From the IMG/VR virus record IMGVR_UViG_3300011113_000415: DNA of 64,000 bases, one strand, 5' to 3'. Origin of the DNA: a virus. Lineage: Duplodnaviria > Caudoviricetes. Positions 38,537-47,354 of the stretch are shown here, one piece after another. Each line of letters starts with the position of its first letter. Position 1 is the stretch's first letter. The position numbers and the translations under genes were made by a program. The notes beneath the pieces are model-generated. The model was not told the origin of the DNA, did no database searches, and saw only the letters and a program-made list of their open reading frames with translations.

Positions 38537-38751
38537 AACAACACATGTTGCCCGAAACTGCCAGGATGTTTGCCCAGTGTGTGCATCGAGTGGTAGCCAG
38601 TAATGACACTTTTGGTCTTGATACTATGCGTTGGCTCTATGATAACATACCCAAAACTGACGCAGGATTTAGACCCTGGATTAGAATAGGTAGAGAATTC
38701 AAGTTTGTCCACGAGCGTGATGCCGTGGCGTTTGCACTCAGATGGTCATGA
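38533..38751 (+). CDS. Small F-x-L-R-W family protein
   Basis: EFKFVHERDAVAFALRWS. Confidence 0.7.
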   Translation: MKQHMLPETARMFAQCVHRVVASNDTFGLDTMRWLYDNIPKTDAGFRPWIRIGREFKFVHERDAVAFALRWS

Positions 38752-38939
38752 CTCACACAGTAAGAATACCCTGGCGTAGGGGCGATACCATTTCCAAGTG
38801 GGACGAGGTATGCATCTGGGCCATTGAAGAATTTGGCTTGCCTGGTGATCGATACACCACGCATCCCACAGCAGATCACATGGATTTTGTGTTTCATGAC
38901 AGCCGAGACGCTATATACTTCAAACTACGATGGCTATAA
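38748..38939 (+). CDS. Small F-x-L-R-W family protein
   Basis: DFVFHDSRDAIYFKLRWL; ATGA overlap. Confidence 0.7.
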   Translation: MTHTVRIPWRRGDTISKWDEVCIWAIEEFGLPGDRYTTHPTADHMDFVFHDSRDAIYFKLRWL

Positions 38940-39166
38940 CCTCTGTTGAAGACACAATACGACTGGGCGACAGTTTTGATCATGCCTGCAGAATTCAAAA
39001 ACGCTATGGCATACTAGAAGATATACTGGCCTGGTCTAAAGAAAATCTAGTGGCCGAATGGCGATGGCAATTGGTCAGTGTGAGTTCAGATGTCAGACCA
39101 GGTGATTATATTTTCTACTTTGACAGCGAGCGTGACTACTTGGCCTTTGTGATGAAATGGAAATAA
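38930..39166 (+). CDS. Small F-x-M-K-W family protein
   Basis: IFYFDSERDYLAFVMKWK. Confidence 0.7.
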   Translation: MAITSVEDTIRLGDSFDHACRIQKRYGILEDILAWSKENLVAEWRWQLVSVSSDVRPGDYIFYFDSERDYLAFVMKWK

Positions 39167-39174
39167 GTAAAAAC

Positions 39175-39477
39175 ATGAGCAATGAAACAGCAAAATTTTT
39201 GAATTCACGACGTAGACACAAAAATGACGTGGCAATTGCACGACAGGTCAAGATTGCTAGATCGCACAGCACCTACAATCAAACCAGTATCAGACAAACA
39301 CACAGATTGGCCAAACATCATGCCATGGACTGTGGCAATCCTAGATGTTATCTTTGTGGCAACCCACGCAAAACACACAAAGATCGACTCACAGCACAAG
39401 AAAAACGACTGTTTCAAGATCTAGAACACCCTTCAGACCGACACTCTAATGGTCTAGCCAAGGCACAAGATGATTGA
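39175..39477 (+). CDS. Basic Cys/His hypothetical protein
   Basis: HHAMDCGNPRCYLCGNPRK. Confidence 0.7.
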   Translation: MSNETAKFLNSRRRHKNDVAIARQVKIARSHSTYNQTSIRQTHRLAKHHAMDCGNPRCYLCGNPRKTHKDRLTAQEKRLFQDLEHPSDRHSNGLAKAQDD

Positions 39478-39679
39478 CATTGACACTGCCATGCAACGAA
39501 TCAAGGCCTTGAGCGAGTACGAGGTTCAAGTCACAGTGCCTGAAACATTTAGTTTTCGAGGTGCGATTCCTTGGGACATGCAGATCCTGGGCAATCAGGC
39601 CTTTGTCACAGTGATAGCACCCAGTTTGGATGAAGCACGTGACCGAGTGCAAGAATATTTCTATCGCAAGGAACAATAA
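39470..39679 (+). CDS. Hypothetical protein
   Basis: 69 aa overlapping ORF. Confidence 0.65.
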   Translation: MIDIDTAMQRIKALSEYEVQVTVPETFSFRGAIPWDMQILGNQAFVTVIAPSLDEARDRVQEYFYRKEQ

Positions 39680-39681
39680 CA

Positions 39682-39927
39682 ATGGACATGGATCAAGCGG
39701 CTGTATTTTTAGCCGGAAGTATACTAACAGCACTGGGATTTGTTGTATTTGTTGTTGCTATTGTCATAGTCAACAACATCATACATCGTTGGTGGAAACC
39801 ATTGGGTTGGACATTTGGATGGATAAGTGCGCCCACAAGATTTGCCACACCAGAAGAACTGGAACAAGCCCCAAAAATAGAACCTGTAATTGATAAGAAA
39901 AATGAACCGAAAGCAAAAACTAATTGA
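39682..39927 (+). CDS. Small membrane protein
   Basis: One TM; AAGGA SD. Confidence 0.65.
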   Translation: MDMDQAAVFLAGSILTALGFVVFVVAIVIVNNIIHRWWKPLGWTFGWISAPTRFATPEELEQAPKIEPVIDKKNEPKAKTN

Positions 39928-40114
39928 ACAGGCCGGCTTCAGTCGAACATTTGAAGCAGATAGATTGAATCACCTGATTGACCTCACAGTGAATCAATGT
40001 ATCATTGCCATCACCAACTCTTCACGAGATCACTGCCCCACAACCTACGATCAGGATCAATGGGCCAGTACCATTGAACGGTGCGTTCGCAGTGTAAAAC
40101 AACAATTTCGGTAA
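39902..40114 (+). CDS. Hypothetical protein
   Basis: 70 aa. Confidence 0.6.
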   Translation: MNRKQKLIEQAGFSRTFEADRLNHLIDLTVNQCIIAITNSSRDHCPTTYDQDQWASTIERCVRSVKQQFR

Positions 40115-40164
40115 GATTGACAACATAATCCCATGGTGTTATACTATGACCAAAGGAGCAGGTC

Positions 40165-40500
40165 ATGGGCACAAGTACTTTTGTGGTGGTATGGGACAAT
40201 ACCGGTTTGGAATATGTGGGCAATGTCACTGAGGACGAGCAACGCCGTATGTGGGGCAAACTCAACGGCAAGCCTGTGTCCAGCCAACTGCCCAACGTAA
40301 ATCATCTCCTGCTCAGGGCTAGATACAACAGTCAACGTCATTATGAAATCTATTTGATCGCGGCCACAGATGGAATAACTACAGATGACATACGTAATAT
40401 GTTTGAGGCCAGCCCACAAACTGCCGCAGACACAATCCGCAGACTTGGTCATTGCTATTTTAGCGACCGAGTTCAAGAAGACCGTATGGTAATACGTTAA
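40165..40500 (+). CDS. Early hypothetical protein
   Basis: TTGACA-17-TATACT and AAGGAG upstream. Confidence 0.75.
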   Translation: MGTSTFVVVWDNTGLEYVGNVTEDEQRRMWGKLNGKPVSSQLPNVNHLLLRARYNSQRHYEIYLIAATDGITTDDIRNMFEASPQTAADTIRRLGHCYFSDRVQEDRMVIR

Positions 40501-40505
40501 ACAAA

Positions 40506-41150
40506 ATGCCAACTCTACAACAAGTTTGTGATTATAATCAGGCCCATGTAAATTGGATCAAGATGTATTCAATGATTGATACTCTTGGTAAAACCATGAA
40601 CGGGCAAAAAGATCGTTTTGATAAAAGTGATCTCATTGAAATGGGTCTGGAGGTCTATAGCAATGGACAAATTAAACATGTAGATCGTGATGGAGTGGAT
40701 CACGAACTGGTGAACTTGTTGAATACAAAGGGCCTACCAACCACACAAGAAATGAAGTTTGTTAGCAGACTTTTTTACAAAGAGGTTGTGATCGAACGTG
40801 CTAACCGGCGTCGAGGAATTGAAGGCCGTAAAGAATTGCAACGATCAAGTGAACCTATTAACCTAAGATTGGTCAACTCGCGGGGAGAAAATACTCATAC
40901 AGCGTTGCCCGATACATACGCAGAATTTTTACTAGCGGCTGACAACAATAGTGTTCACGCAATTGAGGTTGCTACACTACTGCCGTATTTGGAATTTCCT
41001 GGTGATGGAATTGTAGCAGTCAACGTTCCATCAAACTTGTTTACACAGGTGATTGGCCCAGACGATATCACTGCCAGGCAGCCATTGGCGAATTTCAACT
41101 ACAAACAAGAGAAGTTGGCATTTCAAAGAAACTTTTTAAACAAGTTCTAA
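40506..41150 (+). CDS. Putative PD-(D/E)xK nuclease-like protein
   Basis: E...GVD-x16-EMK arrangement; tentative. Confidence 0.45.
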   Translation: MPTLQQVCDYNQAHVNWIKMYSMIDTLGKTMNGQKDRFDKSDLIEMGLEVYSNGQIKHVDRDGVDHELVNLLNTKGLPTTQEMKFVSRLFYKEVVIERANRRRGIEGRKELQRSSEPINLRLVNSRGENTHTALPDTYAEFLLAADNNSVHAIEVATLLPYLEFPGDGIVAVNVPSNLFTQVIGPDDITARQPLANFNYKQEKLAFQRNFLNKF

Positions 41151-41151
41151 G

Positions 41152-41199
41152 GTAACACTTTAGCATTAGGTTGACAGGAACGGCCCAATTTGCTATACT
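41152..41199 (+). promoter_or_regulatory. Degenerate palindrome plus early promoter
   Basis: GTAACAC-TTTA-GCATTAG; TTGACA-17-TATACT. Confidence 0.7.
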
Positions 41200-41231
41200 A
41201 TACCCATGTTTAATTATTTGGAGTACAAGAT

Positions 41232-42365
41232 ATGGCCAAGGCCAATGTGTCTAATCTGATGGTGAATCCTTTTGCACCACCGCCTAAAACTGTTCAAACC
41301 CCATTGGTATCAGATGGCAACATATATGATCCTTTGATTCCTCGAGCATTAGCAATTGCCAATGAAGATGTAATCCAAGAAGCCATAGAAAATCTTCGAA
41401 CACGTTTGCAAGGTACTCCATATAAACAAGAGCATTTTGGACGACTTGAAGAATTAGAATCAAATTTGATTGATATCAATGTTGATATTCAACGGGTATT
41501 AGAGACTCCGCATATTGCCAAAAATATCATTGAACTGTTTGATCCTCGTATCATGCAACCACTCAATGTTATCTATATCAAAGAAACTGGTCGTTATAGT
41601 GCCTGGGAGGGTCAACAAAGCGGCACTGCCTTTGCTTTGATGATGCATTTTGGACTAATTGAACCCGGTACTTTGATTCAGTGCAAAGTGGTAGATGATG
41701 ATCTTGCTGTACCTGGATCAACTCTAACTGGTGAGGCAGTTGGTAATTATGGATTTCGTTGCATCAACTACAAAGGCCGCAAAGCACCTGACTTATTTTG
41801 GATTTTACGAAGCATGGTCAATGGAGTTCGTCTTTACAATAGTACATTGATAGAGGATGAGCAGGCCAATGAAATACAGAACATATTACAGAAAAATAAT
41901 ATGTTTGCGGCACCAAAGATAGAGGCTCAAGGCAACAAGGCCAAACCTGGTATGGTTACGCACATTAGCAGTATCTTGAACATGGCAGGACACGGTACCG
42001 AACACGAAAACTTCAATATTACTAAAGAAGATTTAGATTGGGTCCTCGCCTGGCACAATAAGTTTTATGCCAGTGAAAAAGGCGTAGACGGTGGCTACTT
42101 GATTCTATTTGGGCGATTTGCCGCATTATGCCGCGAACAAGAAATTGAAATTACCAAAGAACATGAGTTAGAGTTTTATCAACATATGAAACGATATGGG
42201 TCGCCAAAGGCATTCCATCAAGACTGTCAAACACGATACAAACGAGTATTTGGTGGGTGGTCGGATGCTTGTCTATTACCAATTTGGCAAAAAGATTATA
42301 TGAAACGTGGCGGTACCTTGTCATTACCAACTATTAAGAATTACAATGAATACAAATCTCTCTGA
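41232..42365 (+). CDS. ParB/Srx-like domain protein
   Basis: PLNV...YSAWEGQQ resembles the ParB DGxH/Q motif; tentative. Confidence 0.5.
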   Translation: MAKANVSNLMVNPFAPPPKTVQTPLVSDGNIYDPLIPRALAIANEDVIQEAIENLRTRLQGTPYKQEHFGRLEELESNLIDINVDIQRVLETPHIAKNIIELFDPRIMQPLNVIYIKETGRYSAWEGQQSGTAFALMMHFGLIEPGTLIQCKVVDDDLAVPGSTLTGEAVGNYGFRCINYKGRKAPDLFWILRSMVNGVRLYNSTLIEDEQANEIQNILQKNNMFAAPKIEAQGNKAKPGMVTHISSILNMAGHGTEHENFNITKEDLDWVLAWHNKFYASEKGVDGGYLILFGRFAALCREQEIEITKEHELEFYQHMKRYGSPKAFHQDCQTRYKRVFGGWSDACLLPIWQKDYMKRGGTLSLPTIKNYNEYKSL

Positions 42366-42708
42366 TCAATATCACTTTTATCTTTGGCGTCATCGCTATG
42401 TGGATGACGATACTGATGCTGTAGTTACTCGAACTTGTTTTGGAATAACTTCCAATCTTGATAAAAGACAAAACGGATATGAAGGCCATGTGGGGCATCC
42501 TATTCACTGGAAGGCAGTTTGGCAAGGACCCGAAAGGCAAATACGTGAACTAGAACATCGTCTCAAAGATGCTTTTAGAGATTACCTGTTTGCTGGTCAT
42601 AACGATTATGTTTATGAATGGGTAGATGAAACTGTGCCATATGAAAACATAACGAATTGGATAGAATGGGAAATTCAAAATACATTTGTTGATATAGTAA
42701 AACTATGA
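42346..42708 (+). CDS. GIY-YIG-like protein
   Basis: FYLW...CFGITSNLDKRQ..Y...RELEHRLK pattern. Confidence 0.5.
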   Translation: MNTNLSDQYHFYLWRHRYVDDDTDAVVTRTCFGITSNLDKRQNGYEGHVGHPIHWKAVWQGPERQIRELEHRLKDAFRDYLFAGHNDYVYEWVDETVPYENITNWIEWEIQNTFVDIVKL

Positions 42709-42917
42709 GCGTACTACATTTCAAATCCCGTCCTTGGACTGTGTTTGATCCTGCCAACAAAGAACACCGACGTTGGTACAACCAGTTTGTCACACATGGT
42801 GGTTGGGGAAAGTGTCCGTATCGATTCATTGTGCCTGAAGATCACGGGGATTTGATTACCATGTGCCAACGTGCTCTTGTGCGTTATTATGTGGAACACG
42901 AGTTTAGAAAACGGTAA
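42705..42917 (+). CDS. Hypothetical protein
   Basis: FDPANKEHR...WGKCPYRF. Confidence 0.7.
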   Translation: MSVLHFKSRPWTVFDPANKEHRRWYNQFVTHGGWGKCPYRFIVPEDHGDLITMCQRALVRYYVEHEFRKR

Positions 42918-42971
42918 TACTCAAGTACTACTTTTTGCTTGGTTGACCGATATCTGCCCTAATGCTATAAT
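42914..42971 (+). promoter_or_regulatory. Palindrome plus early promoter
   Basis: GTAATAC-TCAA-GTACTAC; TTGACC-17-TATAAT. Confidence 0.8.
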
Positions 42972-43000
42972 ATGGCATGTTCAGCAAAAAGGAGCCCCGA

Positions 43001-43231
43001 ATGGGATACAAGGTAATTGCAGACCGTTTCGAAACAGACATGATGCGCCAAAAATATGGCCCACGCAAAGGCCTGGAAGGGCCATTCATGTATGCGTCGG
43101 GTCGTGTGTTATACTACGATCCCAGAGAGGGCCGGTATTGGGATCCTCGCACTGACTTCTATGTCAGCCACGAAGAAATGGCAGCCGAGCACGGCATTCT
43201 TGTGCAACGTCTTGTAGATTTTCAGAGGTAA
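43001..43231 (+). CDS. Early hypothetical protein
   Basis: AAGGAG SD; LYYDPREGRYWDP. Confidence 0.75.
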   Translation: MGYKVIADRFETDMMRQKYGPRKGLEGPFMYASGRVLYYDPREGRYWDPRTDFYVSHEEMAAEHGILVQRLVDFQR

Positions 43232-43236
43232 TACTT

Positions 43237-43662
43237 TTGCTTTACTTTGCTTATGGCATGAACACCAACCGGTCAGGTATGGCTCAGCGATGCCCTGGTG
43301 CTAAGAGTCTGGGTCATGCTCGCTTGATTGATTACTCATTTAGATTTGCCACTCATGCCGACGTGGTCAAGTGCCGCGGTTCCTATGTGGATGGTGTGCT
43401 GTGGAACATTGATCAAACGCACCTGAGCAATTTGGATCTCTTGGAAGGGTATCCTTACTACTACAATCGCAGACGTCTTCGTGTGGCCCATGAAGATCGC
43501 ATTGTTCTGGCAGAAACCTACTATATGCAACCCGGCAACTTGGATGCCTTGCCCAGCCGACACTATTTTGACATGGTCACTGAGGGCTACAAGGAACATC
43601 AAGTGCCCACAGAGCAACTGTTTAATAATGTATACGAAAGTATTACATTTTCAAGAGGTTGA
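43237..43662 (+). CDS. Gamma-glutamylcyclotransferase (AIG2-like)
   Basis: YFAYGMN, LDLLEGYP. Confidence 0.85.
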   Translation: MLYFAYGMNTNRSGMAQRCPGAKSLGHARLIDYSFRFATHADVVKCRGSYVDGVLWNIDQTHLSNLDLLEGYPYYYNRRRLRVAHEDRIVLAETYYMQPGNLDALPSRHYFDMVTEGYKEHQVPTEQLFNNVYESITFSRG

Positions 43663-43687
43663 CCAATAATCACCGAAATGCTATAAT
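43629..43687 (+). promoter_or_regulatory. Palindrome plus early promoter
   Basis: TGTATAC-GAAA-GTATTAC; TTGACC-17-TATAAT. Confidence 0.7.
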
Positions 43688-43717
43688 ACGGACATGTTCA
43701 GCAAAAAGGAGATTGGA

Positions 43718-44029
43718 ATGCAACAACTCACAGACATTCAGCAAGTAAATCGTGCCATTATGTTTGGCACATGGACTGATGTAGAACTTCGTAGCATGGC
43801 TGATGCCATTCGCTTCAATCAAGCCAGTATTCGCAAGCAGGTCAAACGTAGTTTAGACGTGGGTGTTCAAGTGCGTTGGACCAGTCCCAAAAATCCCGCA
43901 GGTGCCACAGGCGTCGTTAAAAAGATTGCCATTAAATACGTCACAGTCAAGCATGATCGTGATGGTACACTTTGGAAAATACCTGCCAACATGTTGGAAA
44001 TTGTTCCTGGTCAAGTGGTGACAGCATGA
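43718..44029 (+). CDS. Early protein with SH3-like C-terminus
   Basis: GVQVRW...GVVKKI...WKIPANMLE. Confidence 0.7.
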   Translation: MQQLTDIQQVNRAIMFGTWTDVELRSMADAIRFNQASIRKQVKRSLDVGVQVRWTSPKNPAGATGVVKKIAIKYVTVKHDRDGTLWKIPANMLEIVPGQVVTA

Positions 44030-44283
44030 CAGTAGAAATCGAATACAATTTGACAACTGATTCGGTGCCGGACTATGCCATGTTCAGTGAAGTTGGCAAT
44101 GCTGGTGTTCATGGCGTGGTCACAGCCGCCAAAATCAACAACTGGTCCTGGGCTGAAACTTATCGTGCCCTGGCTCAATTGAGCGAGCACAAGTTGTTCG
44201 CAGAAGCCATGGACACCATGGTGCGTGAAATAGTGTTCAGCCGCATTGGTGCGGCCGAGCGTGGTGAAAGTTTTTGGGCCTAA
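44026..44283 (+). CDS. Hypothetical protein
   Basis: ATGA overlap. Confidence 0.65.
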   Translation: MTVEIEYNLTTDSVPDYAMFSEVGNAGVHGVVTAAKINNWSWAETYRALAQLSEHKLFAEAMDTMVREIVFSRIGAAERGESFWA

Positions 44284-44292
44284 GGAGATAAC

Positions 44293-45075
44293 ATGCCTGG
44301 TTTTGTAGACGTATCCAATATGACAGCCCGTGAAATTCGCATGATGGATCATGCGGCTGATTATGATGCACCTGTTCAGTTTCAACCACGCCGTACCTGG
44401 AAGCCACGTGTGCAACCTCAAGGTAACCGGTACGGTGTAGACTTGGTATGGGGTGCGGCCTGTGCGGCACAACGCATCAATGGTGCCTATGTGAAAGAAA
44501 CTCAATATAGTTTTGATGAGGCTCGCAACACCACGGTCGCAACTGTGCAACGCAATCGCAATATCATGGAAGAAATTCTTGACAATCCCGCCGTGCTCAC
44601 CGCCGAGGATATTGCAAAAGGTCAAGAGTGCCGTAAGTTCTTGCAAAATGACATTACCTTCCGTGCTCTCAAAGGCAAGTTGACCGACTTTGACAGTGCC
44701 ACCAGCCGAGTGATCGCTGTAGAGGGTGAATTTGACTCAGTAAAACACAAATATGAATTGGCTGTGGTTGCTAGTTTACCTGCCAGCCATCAACGTGCCC
44801 TGGAGCGTGAAGCCACACAGGAACGAGTGCGTCAAACCACAGGTGATTATGTGGGCCAACCTGGCGACAAAGTTCGACTCACTGTGGAGATTGTTAAATC
44901 CAACTATAGCCAGCAATGGAACACTTGGTATGCCACTGGCATCACCTCCAACAATCAGGCTGTGTTTTTTGCCTACAGGTCAGAACTGGCCAAAGGCACC
45001 ACAGTAGACATTCAGGGCACCGTCAAGGCTCACAAAGACGGTTCAACCCAACTCAACCGTGTGAGCATAATGTAA
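44293..45075 (+). CDS. Protein with C-terminal OB-fold-like domain
   Basis: YVGQPGDKVRLTVEI...IQGTVKAH...TQLNRV; AAGGAG SD. Confidence 0.7.
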   Translation: MPGFVDVSNMTAREIRMMDHAADYDAPVQFQPRRTWKPRVQPQGNRYGVDLVWGAACAAQRINGAYVKETQYSFDEARNTTVATVQRNRNIMEEILDNPAVLTAEDIAKGQECRKFLQNDITFRALKGKLTDFDSATSRVIAVEGEFDSVKHKYELAVVASLPASHQRALEREATQERVRQTTGDYVGQPGDKVRLTVEIVKSNYSQQWNTWYATGITSNNQAVFFAYRSELAKGTTVDIQGTVKAHKDGSTQLNRVSIM

Positions 45076-45084
45076 GGAAAAGAT

Positions 45085-45213
45085 ATGCGTAATTTTGTAA
45101 TTGGCGCTATTTTTGGTCTGGTCATAGCCACTGTGGGCTTCTCTGGACTGGCACGTATGTTCGACAAGGGCGTACACACAATTCAACAAACTTCAAAGGA
45201 ACTGGCACAATGA
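45085..45213 (+). CDS. Small membrane protein (42 aa)
   Basis: AAGGA SD; one TM; manual translation. Confidence 0.6.
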   Translation: MRNFVIGAIFGLVIATVGFSGLARMFDKGVHTIQQTSKELAQ

Positions 45214-45419
45214 TCAAAGCCCCTGAAACCAAAACACGAGATCGATTTGATCTCGAACAAGAAATCTTGGAATGCTGGAAAATAACCCAAGATATCACCA
45301 TGTTCATCGAACAAGGTGCTGTAGCAGAACAATTTCAAGTGTTGGCCGAGTACTACGAACACAAGTTCGATCGCCTCTGGAACACATTTGAAAGCATGGT
45401 TCACGAAAGAAAAATGTGA
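45210..45419 (+). CDS. Hypothetical protein
   Basis: DRFDLEQEILECW. Confidence 0.7.
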   Translation: MIKAPETKTRDRFDLEQEILECWKITQDITMFIEQGAVAEQFQVLAEYYEHKFDRLWNTFESMVHERKM

Positions 45420-45598
45420 GCGATATTCAACGCCGCATGGCCGAACTCATGGAACCTGTTGATCAACAGATCATGATGTGCGATGACGGCAGAGATTTGC
45501 TACTGATGGCCTGTGCTATGTTGCAACGTACCAAAGAATTATTTGACCAAACCCTGGGCGAAGACGGTCGAAAACAAATGTTTAAGGAATTGATATGA
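45416..45598 (+). CDS. Hypothetical protein
   Basis: GTGA overlap; 60 aa. Confidence 0.6.
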   Translation: MSDIQRRMAELMEPVDQQIMMCDDGRDLLLMACAMLQRTKELFDQTLGEDGRKQMFKELI

Positions 45599-45631
45599 TC
45601 TTTGAGTGTAATTTTCCAAACAACGTCTTGA

Positions 45632-45711
45632 GCCAAAACAATAATTTTGGCAAAACTACCCAATCTTTTGTGGCAGATTTGGTTGACTCAAATCACTGAT
45701 TTTGCTACAAT
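45632..45711 (+). promoter_or_regulatory. Inverted repeat plus sigma70-like promoter
   Basis: GCCAAAAC-AATAA-TTTTGGC; TTGACT-17-TACAAT. Confidence 0.6.
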
Positions 45712-45771
45712 AAGGTATGTTGTGAACAACAGCATTTTTTTAACTCTCTAAGCATTTTGAAAGGCATAGAA

Positions 45772-46107
45772 ATGGCATCAGAAAAACTTTTTACAGTGGC
45801 GGGCACTGCAACAAACCCGGATGGTACTACCAAGGCTCGTTTTGCAAACGACCTAGTCGCTCGTGTCAAGATCTTGACCAAGAACAACTGTACCAACATC
45901 AACTTGGTTGAGTTGCCACGTGCAATGAGCAAGTTGGAAGCCTTGCAGTATCTGCAAGAAACAGGCGTCACAGCCGGTGATGCGGGCTTTGCGGTTGCCA
46001 ACAAGTTAGCCGAGAAGAGCAAGATCGCCAAGAAGGGCGAGGTACGAGTAAAGGCCACCAAGGCCACAGTGGCTACCAAATCGGTAGACACCAAAGTCAC
46101 TGCCTAA
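45772..46107 (+). CDS. Basic hypothetical protein
   Basis: KARFANDLVARVKIL; Lys/Ala-rich tail. Confidence 0.75.
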   Translation: MASEKLFTVAGTATNPDGTTKARFANDLVARVKILTKNNCTNINLVELPRAMSKLEALQYLQETGVTAGDAGFAVANKLAEKSKIAKKGEVRVKATKATVATKSVDTKVTA

Positions 46108-46126
46108 GCAATCGACTCCCAAAAGC

Positions 46127-46151
46127 AACGGCCTCCAAGGCCGTTTCTTTT
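46127..46151 (+). terminator. Intrinsic terminator
   Basis: AACGGCC/GGCCGTT plus TCTTTT. Confidence 0.75.
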
Positions 46152-46208
46152 TGACAGTAAAGACACAATTGGTGTAAATAATATCGGGTCCACTAACTGC
46201 GACCCCTC

Positions 46209-46457
46209 TTGATGGCAAAACACAATAAGAACGAGGGCGAGGCTCTCTACATCGTGGTACTCCACGAATCACAAGCCGAACAAAGACTCAAGGATTGGCA
46301 AAAACGAAATCCCACTGCTTCAGCCTCCATAGCAGGCGGCCGCATGCGATTGTTTGACCAACGTAGCCTCAGTCTGTTTCAAATCAGTTGGCGCGGCTCA
46401 TGGGATCAAATTACCATATGGGACACATGGCAACGTCGCCATATTTCCATAGAATAA
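46209..46457 (+). CDS. Hypothetical protein
   Basis: 82 aa. Confidence 0.65.
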   Translation: MMAKHNKNEGEALYIVVLHESQAEQRLKDWQKRNPTASASIAGGRMRLFDQRSLSLFQISWRGSWDQITIWDTWQRRHISIE

Positions 46458-46537
46458 TGTTGACAGACCGTGTGTAGGCGTATATAATAGTCACAGTGCC
46501 TAGTCAATAGGTATTGTCATAATCAAGGAGAAAACCA

Positions 46538-46723
46538 ATGACCAATCACGAACAAATCGTAGCCGCCTACGAAACCTACATTGCTGAAAACGAAAAATTC
46601 ACTGGCAAAGGCGTCAAAGCCGCAGCCGCTCGTGCCCGTAAAGCCCTGCAAGAAATGAGCAAAGGTATCAAAGAGCGTCGCAAAGAAATTACTGCTGAAA
46701 AAGAAGCCTTGGCTGCAAAGTAA
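46538..46723 (+). CDS. Histone H1-like (Hc1-type) small basic protein
   Basis: KFTGKGVKAAAARARKALQEM...RKEI; AAGGAG SD. Confidence 0.7.
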   Translation: MTNHEQIVAAYETYIAENEKFTGKGVKAAAARARKALQEMSKGIKERRKEITAEKEALAAK

Positions 46724-46899
46724 TGCCTGTAGCACAAGTGGTTGAAGACCCAGACCATCCAGGTGAACTGTTGTTGGAACTGGGTGATGAATTGTGTGCT
46801 AAACTTGGTTGGCAAGTGGGCGACACCGTTCAATGGATACAAAACAAGGATGGTTCATGGCTTCTGACCAAATCAGTCTTGAAGAATACCTCGCAGTAA
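46723..46899 (+). CDS. AbrB/MazE-like small protein (58 aa)
   Basis: GELLLELGDELCAKLGWQVGDTVQW; manual translation. Confidence 0.6.
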   Translation: MPVAQVVEDPDHPGELLLELGDELCAKLGWQVGDTVQWIQNKDGSWLLTKSVLKNTSQ

Positions 46900-47354
46900 A
46901 TCAAAAAACAACGCAATACCAAGCACCCGTATCATCTGGTTTGGGAAGTATCAGCGTTACACCTATTCCTTCACTTTACAGTGGTAGTGGAACTCTGCAT
47001 CCCACCTATGGTGCTGTGCCCAATGTCACAATTGGCACAAGTGCAGTAGGAGTAAATGTGGGGCCAGCAGGTATGTGGACTACCACTGGTACTGGCACCA
47101 GTTATTCTCTCAATCATAAAACAGTATCGGGCGGCAAGGTTCATATCATGGGCGAGGATGCTGATCTTGTGATAGGTGACAAGAGCATGCGAACTTGGAT
47201 GGAGAAGGTAGAAGAACGACTCAACATACTCACACCCAATCCTGAAATGGAAAAAGAATGGGATGATTTACGCAAGTTAGGTGAGAGATATCGTAAGTTA
47301 GAAAAGAAATGCAAGGAAAAATCTGAAGTATGGAAAAGACTAAAAGCAACCTAG
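46857..47354 (+). CDS. Hypothetical protein
   Basis: Low-complexity N-half; ERLNILTPNPEMEKEWDDL. Confidence 0.65.
   Translation: MASDQISLEEYLAVNQKTTQYQAPVSSGLGSISVTPIPSLYSGSGTLHPTYGAVPNVTIGTSAVGVNVGPAGMWTTTGTGTSYSLNHKTVSGGKVHIMGEDADLVIGDKSMRTWMEKVEERLNILTPNPEMEKEWDDLRKLGERYRKLEKKCKEKSEVWKRLKAT

Noticed and set aside
44011-44646. 211 aa minus-strand ORF
   Set aside because: Antisense to SD-led early genes; no recognisable features
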